A program made the position numbers and the translations under genes. A DNA stretch of 32,000 bases, taken from positions 120,001 to 152,000 of the forward strand of contig NZ_CP011035.1 in the NCBI RefSeq assembly GCF_001465295.1, read 5' to 3'. The notes under the pieces are model-generated. The model saw only the letters and a program-made list of their open reading frames with translations, was not told the origin of the DNA and did not search any database. Below, piece after piece: positions 25,476 to 32,000 of this stretch; within the stretch, counting starts at the first letter, position 1; each line of letters begins with the position of its first letter. The stretch comes from Pseudoalteromonas translucida KMM 520. Its GTDB lineage: Bacteria > Pseudomonadota > Gammaproteobacteria > Enterobacterales > Alteromonadaceae.

Positions 25476-26966
25476 ATGGGAAATCCAACAGGGTTTATCA
25501 ACGTAGGTCGTGCCTTGCCAACTGAGCGTAACGCAGGTGAACGTTTAATTGACTGGCTGGAAGTATATGAAGAAATACCACAAGCAGATGTAGAGCAGCA
25601 AGCTTCGCGTTGTATGGATTGTGGCGTGCCGTTTTGTCAGTCGGCAAAATCAGAATTTGCACCGGCAGTAGCAGGATGCCCGGTAAATAATGTAATACCC
25701 GAGTGGAATGACTTAATTTATCGCGGCCGCTGGCAAGATGCAGTAGAGCTATTGCATAAAACCAATAACTTTCCTGAGTTTACTGGGCGTGTATGCCCAG
25801 CCCCTTGTGAAGGCGCGTGTGTACTGGGTATTAACGCCGATCCGGTGGCTATTAAGCTACATGAAAAAGAAATTATTGATCATGCTTTTAAGCAAGGTTG
25901 GGTGGTTGCTGAGCCACCTGCGGCTCGCACTGGTAAAAATGTAGCCGTAATTGGTTCGGGCCCAGCGGGCCTTGCCGCTGCAGCGCAGCTAAATAAAGCT
26001 GGCCATATGGTTACTGTATATGAGCGCGCCGACCGCATTGGTGGTTTGCTAATGTACGGTATTCCAAACATGAAGCTACAAAAAGAATTAGTGCAACGTC
26101 GGGTTGATATTTTAGCCCAAGAAGGCATTGTTTTTGTTACTAATACTGAAGTAGGCAAAGACATTAGTGTGGCGCAGTTAGAAACTGACTTTGATTCAGT
26201 CGTGTTATGTATTGGTGCCACGGTACCGCGCGACTTACCCGTTGTAGGGCGCGAACTTAACGGTGTGCATTTTGCTATGGACTTTTTAACGGCCAATACC
26301 AAAAGCTTGCTCGATAGCGAACATCAAGACGGAGCGTTCATTAATGCGAAAGGCAAAAATGTAGTGGTTATAGGTGGCGGTGATACCGGCACCGACTGTA
26401 TTGGTACTGCGCTTCGCCATCAGTGTAAAAGTGCTATTCAGCTAGAAATTATGCCTCGTCCACCCGAGCAACGCGACGAGAGCAGCAATCCTTGGCCACA
26501 ATGGCCAAAACGTTTGTTGGTTGATTACGGCCAAAAAGAAGCTATTGCAGTGCAAGGCCAAGATCCACGTCAATATTTAGTAATGACTAAAAAAATTGAA
26601 AGTGACGGGCAAGGTAATGTTAAAGCTGTGCATACTGTAGATATTACTTGGCAACTTAACGATAAAGGGCAAATGGTGCCACAAGAAGTAGCGGGCAGTG
26701 AAAAAATAATTCCTGCTGATATCGTACTGATTGCTATGGGCTTTATGGGACCAGAAGGTGGCCTTGTTGCACAATTTGGTTTAGAGCAAGATGCTCGCTC
26801 TAATATTGCAGCACAGTACGATAAGTTTGCTACAAGTAAGCCTGGCGTATTTGCCGCAGGCGATGGTCGTCGCGGGCAAAGCTTAATTGTGTGGGCAATA
26901 GATGAAGGTCGACGCTGTGCGCGTGAGGTTGATAGCTATTTAATGGGTAAAAGCTATTTGCCTTAA
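25476..26966 (+). CDS. gltD: Glutamate synthase (NADPH) small subunit
   Basis: 496 aa with Fe-S Cys clusters ([19 protein letters not shown]) and dinucleotide folds ([27 protein letters not shown]). It starts 20 nt after gltB and has a GGAG RBS. Confidence 0.97.
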   Translation: MGNPTGFINVGRALPTERNAGERLIDWLEVYEEIPQADVEQQASRCMDCGVPFCQSAKSEFAPAVAGCPVNNVIPEWNDLIYRGRWQDAVELLHKTNNFPEFTGRVCPAPCEGACVLGINADPVAIKLHEKEIIDHAFKQGWVVAEPPAARTGKNVAVIGSGPAGLAAAAQLNKAGHMVTVYERADRIGGLLMYGIPNMKLQKELVQRRVDILAQEGIVFVTNTEVGKDISVAQLETDFDSVVLCIGATVPRDLPVVGRELNGVHFAMDFLTANTKSLLDSEHQDGAFINAKGKNVVVIGGGDTGTDCIGTALRHQCKSAIQLEIMPRPPEQRDESSNPWPQWPKRLLVDYGQKEAIAVQGQDPRQYLVMTKKIESDGQGNVKAVHTVDITWQLNDKGQMVPQEVAGSEKIIPADIVLIAMGFMGPEGGLVAQFGLEQDARSNIAAQYDKFATSKPGVFAAGDGRRGQSLIVWAIDEGRRCAREVDSYLMGKSYLP

Positions 26967-27023
26967 AGCGATTACAAGTCTGTAAACTTTAACTGCTTTA
27001 AAAGTTAAAATCATCTATTATAG

Positions 27024-27066
27024 CAAGCCCTACCGCATTAATTATGCAAGGTGGGGCTTGTTTTTA
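27024..27066 (+). terminator. Rho-independent terminator of gltBD
   Basis: 11-bp stem CAAGCCCTACC (27024-27034) / GGTGGGGCTTG (27050-27060) with one G-U pair, followed by TTTTT (27061-27065). Confidence 0.85.
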
Positions 27067-27113
27067 TAATTTATTCTATTAATAAACCTTGTAAAAAGTA
27101 GGTAAGGTAAGAA

Positions 27114-28793
27114 ATGACTTCTGAAAAACCACGTAAATATTCACAAAAAATTGTAGATGGTAGCGCTCAGGCTCCTAGTCGTTCTATGTTACGAGCGGTA
27201 GGTTTTAATGATGACGATTTTAAAAAGTCTCAAGTTGGTATTGCCTCTACATGGTCTATGGTAACGCCGTGCAATATGCACATTAATACACTTGCCGAAG
27301 AAGTGGGTAAAGGCGTAGATAGCGCCGGTGCGAAAAGCGTTATTTATAATACCATTACCGTATCCGATGGTATTTCTATGGGCACCGAAGGGATGAAATA
27401 TTCTTTAGTATCACGCGAAGTAATTTGCGACTCTATAGAAGCGGTATCGGCGGGTATGGGCCACGACGGTATTATTGCTATTGGCGGTTGTGATAAAAAT
27501 ATGCCGGGTTGTTTAATGGGTTTAGCACGTTTAAACCGCCCCTCTATATTTGTGTACGGCGGTACAATTTTACCCGGTGAAAATCATACCGATATAGTCT
27601 CGGTATTTGAAGCTGTGGGCAGCTACGCGGCAGGCGATATTCCAATTACGCAATTAGAACATATTGAAAAAACAGCCATACCAGGGGCCGGTTCGTGTGG
27701 TGGTATGTACACGGCAAATACGTTAGCCTCAGCAATTGAAGCTTTAGGCATGAGCATGCCAAATAGTTCTGCGCAAAATGCTATTTCACAAAACAAAAAA
27801 CAAGATTGTATTGATGCGGGTAAAGCGATTGTTTATTTGCTAGAGCATGACATTAAACCTTCCGATATTATGACCAAAAAAGCGTTTGAAAATGCAATTA
27901 CGCTGATCATTACCTTAGGCGGCTCAACCAATGCGGTGCTGCATTTAATTGCTATGGCTGATGCGGTAGGCGTTGAAGTAACATTGGATGACTTTGTGCG
28001 TATTGGCGATAAAACACCAGTAATTGCCGACTTGCGCCCAAGCGGTCAATATTTAATGTCGGAGTTGATTGAAATTGGTGGCATTCAGCCACTGATGAAG
28101 CGTTTATTAGATGCCGGTATGCTGCACGGTGACTGTATGACAGTGACAGGCAAAACCATGGCCGAAAATTTAGCCGATGTAGCAGATTACCCAGCAGGGC
28201 AAAATATTATTTTACCTTTTGATAAGCCGATTAAAAAAGACAGCCATTTAGTTATATTAGCTGGCAACTTAGCGCCAGAAGGGGCAGTGTCAAAAATTAC
28301 GGGTAAAGAGGGTTTACGCTTTACCGGCAACGCAAAAGTATATGATTCAGAAGAGCAAGGTTTTGCCGCTATTATAGATGGGCAAGTAGTGGCCGGAGAC
28401 GTTGTAGTAATTCGCTACGAAGGCCCTAAAGGTGGCCCAGGTATGCGCGAAATGCTAAGCCCCACTTCAGCTATTATGGGTAAAGGTTTAGGTAACGATG
28501 TGGCACTTATTACCGATGGTCGTTTTTCAGGTGGTAGTAGGGGTTTTGTTGTAGGGCACGTTACACCAGAAGCTTACGAAGGCGGCGCTATTGCACTAGT
28601 AGAAAATGGTGACAGCATTACTATTGACGCGCAAAGTCGTGAAATGACTCTTAATATTACTGATGAAGAAATGGCCAGCAGGAAACAACGTTGGCAACAA
28701 CCTGCGCCAAAATACACCCGCGGATTACTAGCAAAATATGCCAGAACAGTAAGCTCAGCCTCTACCGGAGCCGTGACCGACAAGCCAAATTAA
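27114..28793 (+). CDS. ilvD: Dihydroxy-acid dehydratase (IlvD/Edd family, short ~560-aa form)
   Basis: 559 aa with [24 protein letters not shown] and [21 protein letters not shown] motifs. It has its own upstream gap and RBS (AAGGTAAG). Confidence 0.9.
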   Translation: MTSEKPRKYSQKIVDGSAQAPSRSMLRAVGFNDDDFKKSQVGIASTWSMVTPCNMHINTLAEEVGKGVDSAGAKSVIYNTITVSDGISMGTEGMKYSLVSREVICDSIEAVSAGMGHDGIIAIGGCDKNMPGCLMGLARLNRPSIFVYGGTILPGENHTDIVSVFEAVGSYAAGDIPITQLEHIEKTAIPGAGSCGGMYTANTLASAIEALGMSMPNSSAQNAISQNKKQDCIDAGKAIVYLLEHDIKPSDIMTKKAFENAITLIITLGGSTNAVLHLIAMADAVGVEVTLDDFVRIGDKTPVIADLRPSGQYLMSELIEIGGIQPLMKRLLDAGMLHGDCMTVTGKTMAENLADVADYPAGQNIILPFDKPIKKDSHLVILAGNLAPEGAVSKITGKEGLRFTGNAKVYDSEEQGFAAIIDGQVVAGDVVVIRYEGPKGGPGMREMLSPTSAIMGKGLGNDVALITDGRFSGGSRGFVVGHVTPEAYEGGAIALVENGDSITIDAQSREMTLNITDEEMASRKQRWQQPAPKYTRGLLAKYARTVSSASTGAVTDKPN

Positions 28794-28800
28794 GGCAAAA

Positions 28801-28824
28801 TTAATCGCTAAAATTAGCGATTAA
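28801..28824 (+). other. AT-rich perfect 10-bp hairpin just past the ilvD stop
   Basis: TTAATCGCTA (28801-28810) / TAGCGATTAA (28815-28824) with a 4-nt loop. No T-run follows, so it is not a canonical terminator. Confidence 0.45.
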
Positions 28825-28849
28825 ACTCCCTTAAATAGAGCGAGTTTTA

Positions 28850-28874
28850 ATCCGCAAAGATCAACACGCCCTAG
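28850..28874 (+). repeat. Copy C of the ~25-30-nt intergenic motif (partner at 2990-3014, opposite strand)
   Basis: ATCCGCAAAGATCAACACGCCCTAG matches copy A in 22 of 25 positions. In both copies a GCGATTAAA-containing hairpin lies about 24-25 nt upstream in the same relative orientation. Confidence 0.55.
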
Positions 28875-28875
28875 G

Positions 28876-28915
28876 TAACCTTGTTACTTTATTTGTAATT
28901 TAAGTAACAAGGTTA
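28876..28915. promoter_or_regulatory. Perfect 14-bp inverted repeat upstream of the orphan 650-aa gene
   Basis: TAACCTTGTTACTT (28876-28889) / AAGTAACAAGGTTA (28902-28915) with a 12-nt spacer. It ends about 65 nt before the probable start codon. Confidence 0.6.
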
Positions 28916-28983
28916 TAAATCGCTCAAGTTTTTAGTTGGCCGACCGATATATACTTAATAGCAGTTTGCGATTAAGGATGATC

Positions 28984-30936
28984 ATGATTAACAATGGGTT
29001 AAATAACCACTCTAGTTTGGTAACAAAGCAAGTACTGCCAGTTAATAATGCAAGCCACACCCTTAGCAGCAAACTGCAACATAGCTCACTCGAAATAGCG
29101 CCAAAATTAATACCAGAGTTAACACCCGATCTCTCACCCAAAATAACGTCCGATTTTCTTAGTCAGTTTAGCGACGAAAAAGTTGCTCAATTACTGCAGC
29201 AACAACTTTCGGTGCTGATCACTCCTGCAAAAAAAGCAAATATATCGAGCTACCACTACAGTGCTGAAGAGTTAGCTATACGCACTGTAATAACGAGTCA
29301 GCAAGAAGGGCTACTTAAAAATGAACATAGCGATAAGCTCATACAACGCTTAAATAAATCGGTAACAGATATTCAGGGTGCTTACGGCAACACCAGTGAT
29401 ATTTTATTTAATCTGGGGCAATTAGGGCATCAACAAGCATCATTTTTAGCCTCTAGTCAGCAGCGTGTTGAGCGCTCACTTAATCCTTATATGGAAAGCC
29501 TTAACCGCACTAAGTATGAAGATGACGATAGCTATTTATTTGAACTTTCGGTAAAAACCAAAGAGGGTGATGTAATAAATATCACTTTTAATTCATCGCA
29601 AGGTTACGATGAAAAAACGGGTGAAGCCGTTGATAGCTTTGGCATAAGTTACGAAGTAAATGGCGATTTATCTGAGGCTGAACATGCGGCTTTAACGCAG
29701 GTTATGGCGGGTGTTGGCGAAATGGCCGATGAGTTTTTTAAAGTGAGTGAAAACTCATTTAATCCTATTATAGTGCCAAACCAAACAGACATGAGTTTAG
29801 ACTTTTTAGCAGGCTTTAATAGTAAGCAGCTAGCGGGTTTTAATGTGTCGTTTTCAACAACGCAAAATGATGCGCTTGATACAGGCGAAAACACGCTTGA
29901 TTTAAGTTACTCAATTGATGAAGCATCGAACCAGCAAGCACTTGTGTTTAAATCAGAAAGTGGGCAAAACGAAATCGACTTTGCACTCGATATGTCGACC
30001 ATTGGTGCTAAAGACACACAGCAAATGCAGCAGTATTTAGCGTCGCTCGATCAAAGCTTAGAAGATAGCCGAGTAAACAGTACCGAAGATAGTAAAGACT
30101 CGGCATTTGGTCGTAAGGGCGACGAGACAATGCAACAAGGCTTTGAATTGTTTAAAGGGGCTTTTGCAAGTATGTCGTCGGCGGCTGAACGTTATAGCAG
30201 TATAGAGTCACTTGCAGATAAGCAATTTAATGACGGGCGCGCTATGGTTGCCGATTTAGTCGATAACATGATCACGAACGATCCTCGCTATCAAGGGCTT
30301 GGCAACAGTACGCAAAATTCTTTAGGGGCGGGCATTTCTAAGTTAGCTGACTTTGATGCAAAATTTGAGTTTGCTATGGACAGAGGCGACTATCAGCCAA
30401 AAAGTAATGTTGCGCTAAACCAAACCACCGAGCAACAAAAGTCAGGTGAGCTAAAAGGGGTTACGCAAAGTAAAAACGTAAGTAGTCATTTTGATTACCA
30501 GAATACCCGGCCCGATTATTACGACAGCGAAGAAGGTTACAATATTAATACCGCCGTTAAAAATAACGAGTTAGTTGGACTTGATCAATACCAGCAAATA
30601 GATATTGATAAAAAAACCTATCAATACAACCAAGATAAATCACAGTATGAGCTAAAAATGGCACTTACTGAAAAAACCACTAACGAAAGTAACATTCGCC
30701 TTATTAACGATATTTGGCTTGAAAGCAACGAAAACAGCTACAACATGAATAAAAAAGAGCGTGTTGAGAGTGACGAAAAGCAAGACGACTTTAAAACAAG
30801 CAGCAGTCATTCTCATAATAAGTTAGTTACCTTAATTGGTGATTTAGATAAGCTGGCTGAAAATAAAGACGTAAGACGCGAGTATTTAACGCAGTTATCA
30901 CAAGTAAACTTTTTTATGAATAACAATAAACAATAG
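28984..30936 (+). CDS. Hypothetical acidic Q/N/S/D/E-rich protein (~650 aa), no confidently recognised domain
   Basis: A long uninterrupted ORF with its own terminator. The start is most likely ATG 28984 (AAGGA at 28974-28978) or ATG 28978; the TTG at 28936 in the ORF track has no RBS. No signal peptide or TM segment is visible. Residues ~100-190 loosely recall DUF5610-type helical domains, with low confidence. Confidence 0.7.
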   Translation: MINNGLNNHSSLVTKQVLPVNNASHTLSSKLQHSSLEIAPKLIPELTPDLSPKITSDFLSQFSDEKVAQLLQQQLSVLITPAKKANISSYHYSAEELAIRTVITSQQEGLLKNEHSDKLIQRLNKSVTDIQGAYGNTSDILFNLGQLGHQQASFLASSQQRVERSLNPYMESLNRTKYEDDDSYLFELSVKTKEGDVINITFNSSQGYDEKTGEAVDSFGISYEVNGDLSEAEHAALTQVMAGVGEMADEFFKVSENSFNPIIVPNQTDMSLDFLAGFNSKQLAGFNVSFSTTQNDALDTGENTLDLSYSIDEASNQQALVFKSESGQNEIDFALDMSTIGAKDTQQMQQYLASLDQSLEDSRVNSTEDSKDSAFGRKGDETMQQGFELFKGAFASMSSAAERYSSIESLADKQFNDGRAMVADLVDNMITNDPRYQGLGNSTQNSLGAGISKLADFDAKFEFAMDRGDYQPKSNVALNQTTEQQKSGELKGVTQSKNVSSHFDYQNTRPDYYDSEEGYNINTAVKNNELVGLDQYQQIDIDKKTYQYNQDKSQYELKMALTEKTTNESNIRLINDIWLESNENSYNMNKKERVESDEKQDDFKTSSSHSHNKLVTLIGDLDKLAENKDVRREYLTQLSQVNFFMNNNKQ

Positions 30937-30968
30937 CTTAATTATAGTAATGCTATTGACTTTTTTTG
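30931..30968 (+). terminator. Rho-independent terminator of the orphan gene
   Basis: CAATAGC (30931-30937, overlapping the TAG stop) / GCTATTG (30952-30958) with a 14-nt loop, then ACTTTTTTT. Confidence 0.65.
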
Positions 30969-31056
30969 GTTGTAAAATAGCCGTATATCAACTTAACTTA
31001 TACTCTTAAATAGAGTAAATAAAACACTCACAGTATTAATACAAAAAGGCGCCTTA

Positions 31057-31518
31057 ATGTTTAAAAAATTAGTTTTATTCTTTTTTCTGTGTTTGCCACT
31101 GTCCACTTTTGGGGCTACAGCGCCTTATACTGGGGGAATTAGCGCGGCAGATTTACTTGCAGAATATGATAACTTTGCTCAGCAATATAAAAAATTTACC
31201 CCTACCAAACAAGATATTACGCTAATACAAAAATTAAAGGGGAAGGAGTTAACCGTATTGTTTGGTACTTGGTGCCATGATAGCGCGCGCGAAGTTCCGC
31301 GTTTAATTAAACTGCTTGATCAGTCAAAAGTGCAATTAGAGAGTATTAAATTTGTAGCCGTAGGGTACAACAAGCAAGATGCTAGCGGCGTAGCACAAGC
31401 TCACAATTTACAATATACCCCTACTATTATAGTTAGCCAAAATGGCAAAGAACTAACACGTATGGTTGAAAAACCAGCGGGCACACTTGCACAAGATCTT
31501 ACAAAAAACCTACCTTAA
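31057..31518 (+). CDS. Exported thioredoxin-fold protein with a monothiol CxxS motif
   Basis: 153 aa with a signal peptide (MFKKLVLFFFLCLPLSTFG/ATAP). The thioredoxin-like active-site context is LFGTWCHDSAREVP, with Ser in place of the second Cys. Confidence 0.7.
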   Translation: MFKKLVLFFFLCLPLSTFGATAPYTGGISAADLLAEYDNFAQQYKKFTPTKQDITLIQKLKGKELTVLFGTWCHDSAREVPRLIKLLDQSKVQLESIKFVAVGYNKQDASGVAQAHNLQYTPTIIVSQNGKELTRMVEKPAGTLAQDLTKNLP

Positions 31519-31538
31519 TAATGACTGAGCTTGCAGGT

Positions 31539-31565
31539 AAAAGGCGCTGAGTAATGATCAGCGCC
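31539..31565 (-). terminator. Rho-independent terminator of the DUF885 gene
   Basis: GGCGCTGA (31543-31550) / TCAGCGCC (31558-31565), an 8-bp GC-rich stem. The minus-strand transcript continues TTTTACC. Confidence 0.65.
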
Positions 31566-31572
31566 ACCGACA

Positions 31573-32000
31573 TCAAATAACGGATTTTTGCTGTGTAATC
31601 CATTCATTTATTACCGCTTCTAATACCGCCATTGGCAGTGAACCTTGACCGATAACAGTGTCGTGAAAATGGCGTATATCAAACTTAGCGCCCAGTTCTT
31701 TTTCGGCTTTTGCGCGCAGTTCACGTATTTTTAGCTCGCCCATTTTGTAAGACAGTGCTTGGCCTGGCCAAGAAATATAACGATCTATTTGATCCTCAAC
31801 CGCACTTTGCGGTAAGGCTGTGTGCTTGGCTAAATAATCAATAGCGTGTTGGCGGCTCCAGCCAAAGGCATGAATACCGGTATCAACCACTAAACGCACT
31901 GCGCGCCACATTTCGTAGCCCAAACGGCCAAAGTCGCTGTAAGGGTCTTGATAAAATCCAGCTTCTTTGCCTAAACGTTCGCTATACAAGCCCCAGCCTT
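31573..32000 (-). CDS. DUF885-family protein, C-terminal part (gene runs off the window end)
   Basis: The C-terminal sequence DRYISWPGQALSYKMGELKIRELRAKAEKELGAKFDIRHFHD is characteristic of DUF885. The reading frame stays open to the window edge. Confidence 0.8.
   Translation of the reverse strand, partial: GWGLYSERLGKEAGFYQDPYSDFGRLGYEMWRAVRLVVDTGIHAFGWSRQHAIDYLAKHTALPQSAVEDQIDRYISWPGQALSYKMGELKIRELRAKAEKELGAKFDIRHFHDTVIGQGSLPMAVLEAVINEWITQQKSVI

Noticed and set aside
21189-26774. Numerous minus-strand ORFs (60-140 aa) inside gltB and gltD, e.g. 24862-25215 and 25880-26302
   Set aside because: They are antisense to two of the most confidently identified genes in the window. Long antisense frames are expected opposite GC-richer, codon-biased genes.
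28936-28983. TTG start at 28936 for the orphan protein, as given in the ORF track
   Set aside because: No RBS precedes it and it would overlap the promoter-proximal region. The ATGs at 28978 and 28984 follow an AAGGA motif. The N-terminal 14-16 residues of the track translation are therefore probably not translated.
1-32000. Looked for CRISPR arrays, tRNA/rRNA genes, IS elements, integrases, toxin-antitoxin pairs and known defence-system gene pairs
   Set aside because: No regularly spaced direct repeats, no tRNA-like cloverleaf regions in the intergenic gaps and no transposase- or integrase-like ORFs were found. Every ORF over 100 aa that is not antisense to a supported gene has a plausible metabolic or housekeeping assignment, except the two proteins flagged in the findings.

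Overview
This is a moderately AT-rich gammaproteobacterial chromosome segment. The proteins look Alteromonadales-like (Pseudoalteromonas/Shewanella type), but that rests on sequence recall only. I can support 22 tightly packed protein-coding genes. By eye I found no rRNA, tRNA, CRISPR array, transposase, integrase or phage genes.

Left to right the window holds:
- arfA (ribosome rescue) and a VOC + cupin pair.
- A complete non-PTS N-acetylglucosamine/chitobiose locus: LacI-type nagR, a divergent GH20 chitobiase, then nagK, nagB (SIS type), nagA and nagP. One 16-bp palindromic operator occurs twice in it.
- An orphan DUF2235 (Tle1-like) hydrolase with a lectin-like tail, then ndh.
- A RecQ-family helicase followed by a YkgJ-type Cys-cluster protein.
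- A curA-GST operon, anmK, gltBD and a short-form ilvD.
- A ~650-aa acidic orphan protein, an exported CxxS thioredoxin-fold protein, and the 3' end of a DUF885 gene.

The window is mostly housekeeping or core genes. I do not see a convincing new multi-gene system: there is no defence, secretion or toxin-antitoxin-like cassette.

The items most worth a second look are non-coding. Four unusually long gaps with no credible ORF (1459-1922, 2937-3775, 18496-18976, 20183-20847) carry structured or repeated elements:
- a ~197-nt element bounded by 12-bp inverted repeats;
- a ~30-nt motif shared by the nagR and orphan-gene upstream regions;
- mutually exclusive hairpins in the gltB leader.

Two poorly characterised proteins also stand out: the DUF2235-lectin fusion and the ~650-aa orphan.
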